Below are positions 10,054-25,039 of a stretch of 39,837 nt of DNA, one piece after another. Both the position numbers and the translations under genes were made by a program. This DNA comes from Octopus bimaculoides (Eukaryota): assembly GCF_001194135.2 (NCBI RefSeq), contig NC_068986.1, positions 85,724,193-85,764,029 of the forward strand, in the 5' to 3' direction. Within the stretch, counting starts at the first letter, position 1, and every line of letters begins with the position of its first letter. The notes under the pieces were generated by a model. That model searched no databases and was not told where the DNA came from. It saw nothing but the letters and a program-made list of their open reading frames with translations.

Positions 10054-12589
10054 GAAATTTCTTTTTCTTTTTTTTTTTTTGCTCGTGTTGGTAGTAGTAG
10101 TTGGCTCTGAGTGTAGTGGTACCAGACGTAGGACCAGGCATGGTAATGGTAATTTTTGTAAAAAAAGTGATTGTGATGGCCATAGTTTTGTTGAAGAGAT
10201 GCAAAGGATTTGCTTATATGGGTGATTTTGATGACAGAGGAAGTGGTGGTTTTATTATTAGTGGTTTTTAGATGGTGGTTGTTGTGTTTGGGGTAACTAA
10301 AGTCGCGATTGCAATGGTTATACGTAGAGATAGTGGGAGTTAAATGTTATTTATTGCTGTGTATTTCGTTGCTGTTATCAATCTCGAATTCGAATAGAAA
10401 ATGTTCAAACTACGATCATCCAATCAATTTATATACGGTATCTATATTCTTCAACCTACTCTCTGTGTTTTAACAGAGAGTGGTCTGTGATTTGAAGGAT
10501 GTTTGGCTGCCGTTTCTAGGAGGAAGAGCGAATGTATGGTGGCTTTCACGTTTAGGCTACAGGCAGGTGCTTGTGAGGGGGGGGGAAGAATATTCTGAGT
10601 CAATGCTGATGGAGAATTCGTAGCAGGAACAGAGGTTTCGGATTTGATGTTAATCATTACGTTGTCTTTGTGAGCATATAAGCAGTCGCACCAAAAGTCC
10701 ATACGAGAGGTCCTCTCATGGTAAATAACGTAGCATACGGTATTCGAACACAACATCCACTTTTAATGGCAGATTTACATTACTTATTATTTTTTTACTA
10801 TTATTTTTTTAATAAACCCACTGCTGTGTCTAACGAGACGTCTGCCATTAAAAAGCCCAAGTAAAGGTGAAATCACGTGATCTGACAGTTCCATCTGCCG
10901 CAGTGAACGATTGTCACACCCAGCGATATAAGCGTGAGTGGTCTTATGCACCAAAAGTCCTAACGTGATGGCGACTCACTGCCAATAGATATAGATATAT
11001 ATATATACATATGTATATATATTTATATATAGGTATATGTATATATATACATATATATATATATACATATATATANNNNNNNNNNNNNNNNNNNNNNNNN
11101 NNNNNNNNNNNNNNNNNNNNNNNNNNNNNNNNNNNNNNNNNNNNNNNNNNNNNNNNNNNNNNNNNNNNNNNNNNNNNNNNNNNNNNNNNNNNNNNNNNNN
11201 NNNNNNNNNNNNNNNNNNNNNNNNNNNNNNNNNNNNNNNNNNNNNNNNNNNNNNNNNNNNNNNNNNNNNNNNNNNNNNNNNNNNNNNNNNNNNNNNNNNN
11301 NNNNNNNNNNNNNNNNNNNNNNNNNNNNNNNNNNNNNNNNNNNNNNNNNNNNNNNNNNNNNNNNNNNNNNNNNNNNNNNNNNNNNNNNNNNNNNNNNNNN
11401 NNNNNNNNNNNNNNNNNNNNNNNNNNNNNNNNNNNNNNNNNNNNNNNNNNNNNNNNNNNNNNNNNNNNNNNNNNNNNNNNNNNNNNNNNNNNNNNNNNNN
11501 NNNNNNNNNNNNNNNNNNNNNNNNNNNNNNNNNNNNNNNNNNNNNNNNNNNNNNNNNNNNNNNNNNNNNNNNNNNNNNNNNNNNNNNNNNNNNNNNNNNN
11601 NNNNNNNNNNNNNNNNNNNNNNNNNNNNNNNNNNNNNNNNNNNNNNNNNNNNNNNNNNNNNNNNNNNNNNNNNNNNNNNNNNNNNNNNNNNNNNNNNNNN
11701 NNNNNNNNNNNNNNNNNNNNNNNNNNNNNNNNTATATATAGACAGAGAAAGAGAGAGAGAGAGAAAGTGAGGGAGGGACACAGAGTTAGTGGCATAATTG
11801 TTAGTCTGAGGAAGTGTTTAAAGGAGAGAGTCTGAGAAAGAATTTAGTGAGAGAAAAAGAGACTGACCAAAGGGATGTCTTTGCTTGTGATGTGCGTAAA
11901 AGATATGAGAAAGAGATGAGTAAAAATGAGAAAATGAATAAGAAGGTGCGGGATAGAGGGGTGGGGATAAAGTGTAGTGGAAGGAGTGGGTGGTCTCGTA
12001 ATGATGTGAAAGTGAAAGTGAAAGTATGTGATATATTGAGAAATTAATTATAAATACCAATATGGTGGGAGAAATACAGAGAATGAGAGAGTGTGTGTCT
12101 GTGTGTATGTGTTTGTGTGTGTGTGTGTGTTTCTCTGTGTGACTTGGCAAGAGAGTAAGGAAAAAATTACTATTGATGCGAAGATGTTGATGGAAAGATA
12201 AAGCTAATGCGAGCGTGTGTATGTTTGTGTGGTGGTTTGTTTGTGTGTGCGTGTGTGAGCATGCATGTATCTTTGTACTTATCTCTGTGTACAAGAGCGA
12301 GTGTAGATGTGTTGGGCTATGTGTATGTGTGTACATGTGCGTGATCAGTCATGCGTCTGCGTTTATGTTTTTTCGTGTGCATGTGTGTGTATATATGTGC
12401 TTGTGTATGTATCTCTGTGTGTTTTGTTACGTGTGTACCTGCACATGTGGCTGAGCGCGAGAAAATACAGAAAAAGTAAGAGAGGATGTGTGAAATATTA
12501 CTATAAGATAGGAGAGAGCAAGACTGGGAGAGAGGGAGAGAATTGATAGAGTGAATATATATAGAAGTTGGTATTCATTCTATATCATT

Positions 12590-12591
12590 TT

Positions 12592-12663
<72 letters not shown>
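12590..12663. repeat. (TAG)n microsatellite
   Basis: Direct reading. Confidence 0.95.
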
Positions 12664-12683
12664 ACAGCAGCAACAGCAACTCT

Positions 12684-13006
12684 AAGGCGCGTGGCTTAGT
12701 GGTTAGGGCATTTGACTCAGGCTTATACTGTCGTGTGTTCAATTCCCGGTGACACGTTATGTCCTTGAGCAAGACATTTTATTTCACGTTGCTCCAGTTC
12801 ACACAGCTGGAAAAAAATGAGTTGTACCTGTATTTCAAAGGACCAGCCTTGCCACACTCTGTGCCACGCTGAATCTCCCTGAGAACTACGTTAGAGGTGC
12901 GCATGTCTGTGGATTGCTCAGCCATTTGCACGTTAATTTCACGAGCAAGTTGTTCCGTTGATCGTATCAACTTTGACCCTCGTCGTCGTAACTGACGGAG
13001 TGCTCC
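12684..13006 (+). mobile_element. Full-length CORE-type tRNA SINE, family B (resembles octopus OR-type SINEs)
   Basis: A box TGGCTTAGTGG, B box GTTCAATTC, CORE-like gtccttgagcaagaca...cagctggaaaaaaatgagt, shared 3' tail. Confidence 0.9.
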
Positions 13007-13049
13007 TTTAGTAGTACTAGTAGTATTAGCAAGTAGTAGTACAAGTAGG

Positions 13050-14598
<1,549 letters not shown>

Positions 14599-14965
14599 GA
14601 TGTGCATCTCTGATTATGAGCAGAAGTATTGGGGGAGCATCATAGCCATGTGTTGAGAGGAATTCTTTGGGGCTTGAATAATTCCCCTTTGGAAACATGG
14701 GTGTTTTGCTCAACATCTTTAAACAAATCTTATTCAGAGACCTTTTGAGCGAGATGGGCTACTTGACCTGAAGAAAATTCTAACTGGGCCCCGCCTGCGA
14801 GGTCATGCGCATATCTTGATATTATAAGATCACCATGTCGTGCACATATTGTTGTGATGCATGTGCCTGGTGTACCCTTATCAGACAGGTAGTCATGATG
14901 GGTATAATGGGCTTCGTATATTTTACCCCAGTGTCACTTTGATGGCATGCACTGCTCTCTCACTC
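14599..14965 (+). mobile_element. Non-coding interspersed retro-repeat, family D (5'-truncated), followed by (AAT)n 14966-15040
   Basis: Its 5' ~220 bp match the reverse complement of 28195-28410 (ggaaacatgggtg...ccttttgagcg.gatgggctact.gacctgaagaaaattct). Confidence 0.85.
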
Positions 14966-15040
<75 letters not shown>

Positions 15041-15042
<2 letters not shown>

Positions 15043-15123
15043 ACTTCTAACTTGTTGTCTCTTGAGGTCTCTGGGTGAGACTTGGATCCAACTTGTACAA
15101 ATGCAAAACAAAAGTCAAACATA
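15041..15123 (+). mobile_element. Short unique segment with (AAT)n tail, probable LINE 3'UTR stub
   Basis: 83 bp between two (AAT)n tracts; the identity is inferred from position and tail only. Confidence 0.45.
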
Positions 15124-15129
15124 AAATAA

Positions 15130-15166
<37 letters not shown>

Positions 15167-15406
15167 GATAATAATAATACACGAGAACCAGAAAAAAAAA
15201 ATTACAAGCATAAGCTTGAAGCAGCAGCTTTCGCACACGTAGCTCACAAAGATTTTCAAATGGAACATAAAAATAAGTGTTTTATTCCAACTTTCATTTC
15301 ATATTTAAAAGTAGGCTCGGTTTACCAATTGGTGATCGGAAACGAGTAACTGCTAGTAATGGAAATGTCCATGTTATTTATATTTGCTTTTTCCTCAGAC
15401 AGAATA

Positions 15407-15442
15407 GCTAGCTAGCTAGCTAGATAGATAGATAGATAGATG

Positions 15443-15493
<51 letters not shown>
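15407..15493. repeat. (GCTA)n/(GATA)n microsatellite
   Basis: Direct reading. Confidence 0.95.
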
Positions 15494-16169
15494 TTTATCC
15501 TCAGTATTTCATATAATTTTTAGACTCAGTTGATCTCTAATCGAACATGCCTATCATGGCAAGAAATCCAGACATAACTATCTTAAGTCTTCAGACACAG
15601 GTAACTTCACATAAAACTATCTAATATATCATTCTATTAGAGACGGTTTTGTTGTTACTCTTAGTAGAACGAGTGACCTCGTAACGTCTCTGTCATCGGA
15701 TTGCATAGATTTTCTTTCATATTAATTCAGTTTGACGTGAAATATCATGAATTTTCGAGTGGGATCAGATCTCCCGTTGTCCACATCAAAGACACGGCAT
15801 TGAAAAATGAAACAGTATAATATTGCTGTGGAGCCGAAGAAATGGACGGGAAAGTATGGCGGAAGTGAAGATAAATAGAGGTATTACATGTGTGCATGGG
15901 GTTACGCTAATAAGTTGAAAGGGAGAAAAAGAATGAAAGAAATGCTGGGTATTGTGTGGGTAGAGTGTAAGAGAGGAAGATATAAGGTTTAGAGAGAAAA
16001 GATGAGTGACGAACAGAAATTATATCCGAAAGCTTTAGGAATTAGTAAGTGTGTAGGACTGATCTTTACGCGCGCGTAAACACACACACATACACACACT
16101 TATGTGCGCGTGTGTGGAGGTGCTTGGCTCAGTGATTGAGTGACTGTATAAATATATACACATGTAAAT

Positions 16170-16234
16170 AAAAACAGTTACACACACACATATATATATA
16201 TATACGTATATGTACGATATATACGTATACATAC

Positions 16235-16317
<83 letters not shown>

Positions 16318-16351
16318 CAAACATATACATATATATATATATATATGAGTA

Positions 16352-16400
<49 letters not shown>
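16170..16400. repeat. (TA)n-dominated compound microsatellite
   Basis: Direct reading. Confidence 0.95.
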
Positions 16401-16401
<1 letters not shown>

Positions 16402-16768
16402 AAATATGAGTAACTGCATAAATGTATACACATAAATACAAACTCAGACACTCAACCATCTCATACACACACGTGCGCGTGCACTTGCACCTATGTACGT
16501 AGACGCATGTATATATACCTCTGTACTATATATTCACAGATGCGTATTCAGTCACACACATTACTCACATACTTACACACAAACATCGTATATTGATGCT
16601 AGTTATTTTTTTATGTATTCCTATATATGTCAGAAAATGAACGTTTATTGAAGAATCGCTTCAGACTGATTATCACATGTATTTTACTTTTGCAGATAAA
16701 AGGGTAACAATGACTCCGAGGAATCGGTTTCATACTTTTCATCAATCAATCTTTATAAAGGTAATATA

Positions 16769-16878
16769 CCGTATATACTTGTGCGTAAGTCACAATAATT
16801 TATACCCGATTTTCAGAGAAAGAAAATTTGGGTGTGACTTATATGCGGGTGTAATTTATAGACCAGCAGTAAATATGG
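16769..16878. mobile_element. pogo/Tigger-like MITE (TA-CCGTATATAC termini)
   Basis: TA|CCGTATATACTTGTGCGTAAGTCAC with inverted GTGACTTATATGCG and terminal TAAATATGG. Confidence 0.6.
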
Positions 16879-17060
16879 TGTAAATAGTAAATAGCAGTAA
16901 ATATATATATATATATATATATATANNNNNNNNNNNNNNNNNNNNNNNNNNNNNNNNNNNNNNNNNNNNNNNNNNNNNNNNNNNNNNNNNNNNNNNNNNN
17001 NNNNNNNNNNNNNNNNNNNNNNNNNNNNNNNNNNNNNNNNNNNNNNNNNTGACTGTCCGT

Positions 17061-17112
<52 letters not shown>

Positions 17113-17634
17113 GATAGAGACGCTAAGAGAACGAGAGTTGGGAGAGAAAATGTGTGTATGCGCTCGCGCGCGTCTGTATTGTGAGAAAAAGACCGATAGA
17201 GAGAACTCGTGTATGTGTAAGTTTGTGGGAATAAAAAAGAAACTGAGATTAAGAAAGGGAGACGGGAATGATGCTTTAACATGTATTTTTAAGTTCTAAC
17301 TACTACGATATGCAAGTCATATGATTAAACAAATACAGCCAGTGGCTATTGCCCCGACTTCTGACGTTGAAACAATGGCGGCACTCCACAATTGTTAGCG
17401 GGACTCACTTCAGAGCTCTTTTGTACAGAGAAAACATTTAGTGTAATACAAAAACGAAAACACGCGGTCTGACCGGAACCCCGTCAAGGCCTTTCCTTTA
17501 TCAGTGGACATGAAAGACAAATCTTAGAGCTTTTGAACTGGCTAAAGTAACAAAAAATATCAAATATTTTTATTTGATATTTGTCTTCTATCTATCACAC
17601 ACACACACACGCGCGCACACACACACACAAAAAC

Positions 17635-17672
<38 letters not shown>

Positions 17673-19505
17673 TTGATATTTTGTGATCATCGCATTTCTT
17701 ATTCCATGTATGTTTTTTCCACTTTTCTCACTATATGTGTATATGTGTGTGTATACTTATATAAATGTATATATGTGTGTATATATAAGTAAATATATAT
17801 ATATATGCATATACATATATGTGTATATCATTATATATGAGTGTGTGTGAGGTAGAGAGAGTGAGAGAGAGAGAGAGAGAAAGAGATAGGACGTGTGTAC
17901 ATATATATATATATGTGTGTCTGTGTATGTGTGTGTGTGTGTGTGTGTGTGGGTATANNNNNNNNNNNNNNNNNNNNNNNNNNNNNNNNNNNNNNNNNNN
18001 NNNNNNNNNNNNNNNNNNNNNNNNNNNNNNNNNNNNNNNNNNNNNNNNNNNNNNNNNNNNNNNNNNNNNNNNNNNNNNNNNNNNNNNNNNNNNNNNNNNN
18101 NNNNNNNNNNNNNNNNNNNNNNNNNNNNNNNNNNNNNNNNNNNNNNNNNNNNNNNNNNNNNNNNNNNNNNNNNNNNNNNNNNNNNNNNNNNNNNNNNNNN
18201 NNNNNNNNNNNNNNNNNNNNNNNNNNNNNNNNNNNNNNNNNNNNNNNNNNNNNNNNNNNNNNNNNNNNNNNNNNNNNNNNNNNNNNNNNNNNNNNNNNNN
18301 NNNNNNNNNNNNNNNNNNNNNNNNNNNNNNNNNNNNNNNNNNNNNNNNNNNNNNNNNNNNNNNNNNNNNNNNNNNNNNNNNNNNNNNNNNNNNNNNNNNN
18401 NNNNNNNNNNNNNNNNNNNNNNNNNNNNNNNNNNNNNNNNNNNNNNNNNNNNNNNNNNNNNNNNNNNNNNNNNNNNNNNNNNNNNNNNNNNNNNNNNNNN
18501 NNNNNNNNNNNNNNNNNNNNNNNNNNNNNNNNNNNNNNNNNNNNNNNNNNNNNNNNNNNNNNNNNNNNNNNNNNNNNNNNNNNNNNNNNNNNNNNNNNNN
18601 NNNNNNNNNNNNNNNNNNNNNNNNNNNNNNNNNNNNNNNNNNNNNNNNNNNNNNNNNNNNNNNNNNNNNNNNNNNNNNNNNNNNNNNNNNNNNNNNNNNN
18701 NNNNNNNNNNNNNNNNNNNNNNNNNNNNNNNNNNNNNNNNNNNNNNNNNNNNNNNNNNNNNNNNNNNNNNNNNNNNNNNNNNNNNNNNNNNNNNNNNNNN
18801 NNNNATATATATATATATATACTTGTGTATGTGTGAGTGCTTGAATATGCGTGTAATTTCAAGGTTACACACAAAAACATACACAGACACAAACACACAC
18901 ACACACACACACACATACACACACACATACATATATATCTATATATGCATATTATATCGATAGATAGATAGTTATAAATATATACTGTATGTGCTTACTT
19001 ATGTACGTATATATTTGTGTATATATTACATATTAACAATCCGTTTGATAGTAAAAGTTATTGCAGTCGAAGGGGATTGACTGTCGCAGAGAGACGTTGA
19101 TAGAAATATCAGAGGAAGTGCCAATACGCAAAGAAGACAAAACTGATAAGCTTCAAAGGGAATTACAATAAAATGTGAAAAGATAAAATAGATATATTTT
19201 GTTTTCTATTGAAGTCATATTGGATTCTTTGTTTCGTGGTTTGGTAAGTGTTACTCTGTAATATTGTCGATGGATATAAGTATCCATATAATTAATGTTG
19301 GGGTTGAAATCTCTTTCTTTTGTGCTGTTTCATATATTTTGAGTTTCGATTGTTTTATCAGCGCTGTTTTTCCCTTAGTATATCGATATTACGAAAGAAA
19401 TAACTTACTTAGTAATTTTAATATGGTGGACTAGCCACGATACTAAATTGAAGCACGCACATGAGGAATATACTGTTATATCTACCCTTGTTTGATGTCA
19501 TAGAC

Positions 19506-19653
19506 CGTGTGGCTTCCCAACCACATGGTTTGTGGTTCTGTCCCAGTACATAGCACCTTGGGTAGGGCAAAGCTCTGTGAGTGGAATTCACACACGATAA
19601 CAAAAAAAAACTGCCGTACGTATGTATATATATATATATACACCTATACACAT

Positions 19654-19702
<49 letters not shown>

Positions 19703-19752
19703 TTTGCGTCTATGCTTATCCTCTAACACCGCTTGACAACTTGAGTGGTGTT
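19506..19752 (+). mobile_element. Degenerate tRNA/CORE SINE, family E, with internal (TA)/(TG) microsatellite
   Basis: gcttcccaaccacatggtt...ggttctgtccca...gcaccttggg head, then tgtgagtgga, internal TA/TG run, and aacaccgcttgacaac 3' part. The family assignment is recalled, not aligned. Confidence 0.6.
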
Positions 19753-20631
19753 TCATTTCATCGACGCGGATGGAATGGTAGATAATAATTAGCTTGGCAC
19801 AATTCGATCTCAGAATGTAAATTATAGGAACATAAAAAGCCAGACACGATTGGCTACGCTCCAGTCCGACGTTTTAATTCTGCTAGAGTAGTGCTTTATA
19901 TTGTGGTAATCTTAGTTTTTATCTTGCGTTACGTTAGAATGGAATTGCAAGAGTAACTAAATCGTTGAAATTCAACGGTATCAACTGTTTATGCTCAGTC
20001 CTTTGACATTTCATGTATTGTAGACTATCGAGGATTTTCCTTCACAATCCCTAGTCTTGAGTCTCATTCTCCACTTATCTTCTACATTATCAAGATCTTT
20101 CAACATCATTCATATGATCATTTTACAAAGTATTGCAGCCTCTTTTCCATTTATTATGGGTTCTATCACTATGATGGCCTGACAACATTGAACTATCATG
20201 AAATAGGCAAAACTGGTTTAACGATGTACATACGGTTTTGTTCAGTGTATTAATTGTCAGGTTAGAGACGAAACGCGCAATATCTATTTGAAATATAGGT
20301 TTTGAACAATCATCACCCCATTCATGCAATTCATCTTCCCATCTATCCATCCATGCATCCATGCATCCATCCATTCAACTGTCCATCCCTCTACCCATCC
20401 ATACGTCCGTCTGACCATTCATTTATCCGTCCATCCGTCAGAGTGTTAAAGAATAGAATGCGGTAGATGTGATGGTGAAAAAGAAAGTGAAATAATGATA
20501 TATAGTTAGAAGGGAGACATGTAGAGAGAGACAGAGAGACAGAGAGACAGAGGGACACACACATACACACTAACGCACATCCACACACACGGGCGCACAA
20601 ACACACACACACACACATATACATATGGGAG

Positions 20632-20637
20632 ACAGAC

Positions 20638-20705
<68 letters not shown>
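20632..20705. repeat. (GATA)n microsatellite; (CCAT)n tract nearby at about 20340-20420
   Basis: Direct reading. Confidence 0.95.
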
Positions 20706-21193
20706 GAAAGAATTCCACAGCCCTACTGAATTTTAGACACGAAATTTTCAGCAGTAGCAAACATGGACAAATTCTTTTGGCGAAATGGAGGTCATAACCC
20801 TTTGCGGATTGGGCAGACTTTGGGCCTCTCTCTCTAATGAATTATTCTACAAGAACTAGCTTAATTATGTCTTTACAGCCAAATGGAACAACTCTAATTT
20901 CTTTCTCTTCCTTTTCTTTTTCCGTTTTATTCACCATCACACTTTTTGGATCTACCTTCTTTTTTTCGTGATTTCTCATTTACCGGCCACCTGATTCACA
21001 AATTGTATGGGCCATGTACTCAGAGCGAAAGATTGCTAGTGGATATAAGGTGTGTTATGAAAACCTGCCTCGACTAGTGTTTCTAAAGCAAGAAATTATT
21101 AGTACCTCGTATCTATATACTGTGCACATTAAATGATGTTTATCTTTTACTGGATGGTGTACATTTTGTCCATCTTAACTTAATGGACCAGTA

Positions 21194-21227
<34 letters not shown>

Positions 21228-21991
21228 NNNNNNNNNNNNNNNNNNNNNNNNNNNNNNNNNNNNNNNNNNNNNNNNNNNNNNNNNNNNNNNNNNNNNNNNN
21301 NNNNAAGAGGCACCTCTCCTCATTCAGAATGCTCTGTGTGTGTGTGCGTGTGTGCATGTATATATATATACATACATACATATATATACATGCATACACA
21401 CACACACACACACGCACATATAACAATGAAGAAATAAGTGATATAGATAACCACTTTTTACAGCTCAGCCGAGTACCGCGCTGAAAGAGCTTCAGGAATA
21501 TAAGATTAAGGATAGGAGAAAACAAATTCAAAGACCGATGTATATATTCATTCAATCCATATTAACGAAATGCTCCATGGTATACAAGCTACATACATAG
21601 ATGCATTCATGTATATGATATATAAACACTTCTAAGAAATTATAAGTACGTACATATACACGAAAATTTATAAATATATAAAAATTCATACACATAAAAA
21701 TCTATAAACATAAAAATTCATAAATATAAATACATAGCAGGTGTTAGTCCATAAATGTACTTGCCAAGTCCGAATGAAGAGGGTGATAAAACGGATGTAA
21801 AATGATTTATAAAGAGTCTGAAAAATTTATAAAGTCTATGTATAAAGTCTTACGGCCGTTTCGAAAAGATATAGGTTGTTATGGGTGTGGTAACTCCAAC
21901 CAGAGCAATGCTCTATATTTAAAGGAAAGGTGTGTTACATAAACATCAAATGTTCGATCGGACTATTATCTTCGGACATATGATATTTATG

Positions 21992-22022
<31 letters not shown>

Positions 22023-22950
22023 AATAAATAACGGACGAACGAGCTGTCTGGTACTGCTACAATCGTTTGATTACGAGCATGCATCAGATACACCATTCGT
22101 GAGATTATGTAATTCGTTACACATCTTTCAACTAATCAAGCTCATCAAATATACAAGCAAGTAATGACAAGCTGAATAATCCACAAAGGAAATTTTGAAG
22201 TAGTATTACCAACATTTGTGACGTAGCTGGGACTAAAATCTTTGAAACAGGAGGCTGGATAGCAGAGTAATGTTGTAAGTTAAAGAATAATTAAAAGGTA
22301 TTTCTAATCCAAAGATGTCATTAAACATAGTGACCTCACTCTTAAAGACTGGTACTGGTAACAAAAGATTGTATACCAGCTGAACGAAAGCGCCAAGCAG
22401 AAAATATTAAACTGCATGGGTGATGTTATTAATTGGCCAGATGAAATCAGATTCAAATATCCGTATTCTAACCACAGAAATTTCTTATGCATTAAATTGA
22501 TTCTGAGCTATTTATCTATGACCCTACAATATACACTGTAATCACTAATAATTAGATTTATAGATTGTATTGAGGAAGCCTAGCGTATCTTAAAACTTTA
22601 GATACGTATAGCTTATCATATTTAAGCTAACTTTGCCTACTCTTAGCTTTATTATCAGATATCGATGACTGTAATTTTATATAAATTTTATTTCATATAA
22701 TTTTCATGTAATGCATGTGTGCGTGTATGTGTATGCATATTTGTATGTATGTATGTATGTAAGTATGTATGTATGTATGTATGTATGTATGTATGTATGT
22801 ATGCATGTACACATGTGAGCATCTATACTTGCACCTAGACACAGATGTATTCTCATACATACATACATACGAGTGTATGTATTCACGCGCTTATATTTGC
22901 ATGTATATACGTGTGTATGTGTAATTATTACTAGCAACATCTCCAGAATA

Positions 22951-23105
22951 TTTCTTAATCCCCAACAAATGGTCTTTTATAGAAATTTAGAATAGATCAA
23001 CTGGGATCTATGTATACTTAAACATAGATGTGCAAACATATACATAGATCTTAGTGTAATCCATTCTAAATCTCTATAAAAGACTATTTTTCGGGGATTA
23101 AGAAA
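22951..23105. repeat. Imperfect palindrome, arms of about 66 bp (22951-23016 / 23039-23105)
   Basis: TTTCTTAATCCCC..GTCTTTTATAGA.ATTTAGAAT.GAT...GATCTATGTATA matches its reverse complement. Confidence 0.9.
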
Positions 23106-24226
23106 ACATCTTTTTCGTCATTCGCGAAAAATTTGGGTAATAAAACCTACACATTATATGCTTGCGTGCACGCATACATATTTGCAACCATTAGAGGCAT
23201 GCAATAAATATATAAATTCCATACAAACATATATGCATTACAGAGACATATTAGATATATACAGATACACGTTACAGTATACACATGCATAAATACATGA
23301 ATAGCAGCGTGCATAACATTGACACATATGCACGCATATATGCTGCCTCACCATCAACAATAGTTATTGTCATATCTGCCATGTGAGAAACATCTGATCC
23401 AATCTAATGAATATACGTTGAAACTGATGGAAACTGATGACAAATACGTTGTCAATAAAATGATAACAGAATTGTGTTGATGAACATAATTTTATTACTA
23501 AACAATATGTGCTGGCATCTCTCGTCCTACCTATCAATAATATTTATTGATATCTCGTCTTCTACTATTTTCATAGCTTTTACCACTACTTCTCTTATCC
23601 TCTCCTGCCTGGTGTTTCTCTTATTCCGTTCTCTTTGGTAATCTCTCTTTTAAGTTACGTTTTACTTTCGTTGCACTCGTATTGGATTTTATACACACAC
23701 TGCCATAAACACACACTGCTATAAACACACACGCACACACACACACGCACACACACACACACACANNNNNNNNNNNNNNNNNNNNNNNNNNNNNNNNNNN
23801 NNNNNNNNNNNNNNNNNNNNNNNNNNNNNNNNNNNNNNNNNNNNNNNNNNNNNNNNNNNNNNNNNNNNNNNNNNNNNNNNNNNNNNNNNNNNNNNNNNNN
23901 NNNNNNNNNNNNNNNNNNNNNNNNNNNNNNNNNNNNNNNNNNNNNNNNNNNNNNNNNNNNNNNNNNNNNNNNNNNNNNNNNNNNNNNNNNNNNNNNNNNN
24001 NNNNNNNNNNNNNNNNNNNNNNNNNNNNNNNNNNNNNNNNNNNNNNNNNNNNNNNNNNNNNNNNNNNNNNNNNNNNNNNNNNNNNNNNNNNNNNNNNNNN
24101 NNNNNNNNNNNNNNNNNNNNNNNNNNNNNNNNNNNNNNNNNNNNNNNNNNNNNNNNNNNNNNNNNNNNNNNNNNNNNNNNNNNNNNNNNNNNNNNNNNNN
24201 TATATATATATATATATATATATATG

Positions 24227-24460
24227 AAGGCGCGTGGCTCAGTGGTTAGGGCATTTGGCTCACGATTATAAGTTCGTGAGTTCAATTCCCGGCGACGCGT
24301 AATATCCTTGAGCAAGACACTTTATTACATATTGCTCCGGTACTCTCACCTGGCAAAAATGAGTTGTACCTGTATTTCAAAGGGCCTGCCTTGTCACACT
24401 CTGCGTCACGCTGAATCTCCCCGAGAACTACGTTAATGGTGCATGTGTCTGTGGAGTGCT
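24227..24460 (+). mobile_element. Family B CORE-SINE, 3'-truncated
   Basis: A box TGGCTCAGTGG, B box GTTCAATTC, tccttgagcaagacact...ctggcaaaaatgagt; ends abruptly at gtggagtgct. Confidence 0.9.
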
Positions 24461-24493
24461 AGTTTTGCAACTGAACTCTGAATACAAATAGCC

Positions 24494-24527
<34 letters not shown>

Positions 24528-25039
24528 GAAGAAGACACATACATTAAGCTTAAAGGTGAAACTGCTAACACACACTCACACACACAATAAAAAAACGCAT
24601 GCTGCTATCTTTGTCTATAAGGAACACTCAATCTATTAGGATGACAAGATACATATGTCAATTTTGGTCCTGAAGAGATTTCTGCCTTCTGAACATACAA
24701 TGTAAATATAAATGATGATGGATATTGAAACGATCGTAGGTATTAATTAATCGATAGTTATGTAAATAAACTGATTTTACTGTATTCAACTCACACTTTA
24801 TTTTCTTTATATTACACTTCTAAATTTATATTCGCATATATCAAATCAGATGGATCTCCATATCTATACGGACTACTGGCACTCCATAATATGTATAGAA
24901 CTGGTGTCTCTTAAACATTAATACTAACGCAGAGAGGTAAATTCCAGTACATTCACAGATATATAGATAAACCAGTGTGTGAGTGTGTGTGTGTGCGTGC
25001 GTGTGCGCGTATGAATGTATATTCTTTATTATAAAAACT

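Noticed and set aside
10451-10756. 101-aa minus-strand ORF
   Set aside because: Non-ATG start, no recognisable motif, and no supporting splice or homology evidence.
22155-22535. Plus frame with LPTF..LGLKSLKQEA resembling a LINE thumb motif
   Set aside because: About six stops in 128 codons and no second supporting motif.
23432-23460. CTGATGA with a short GAC/GTC stem as a hammerhead
   Set aside because: No GAAA or cleavage triplet follows the stem.
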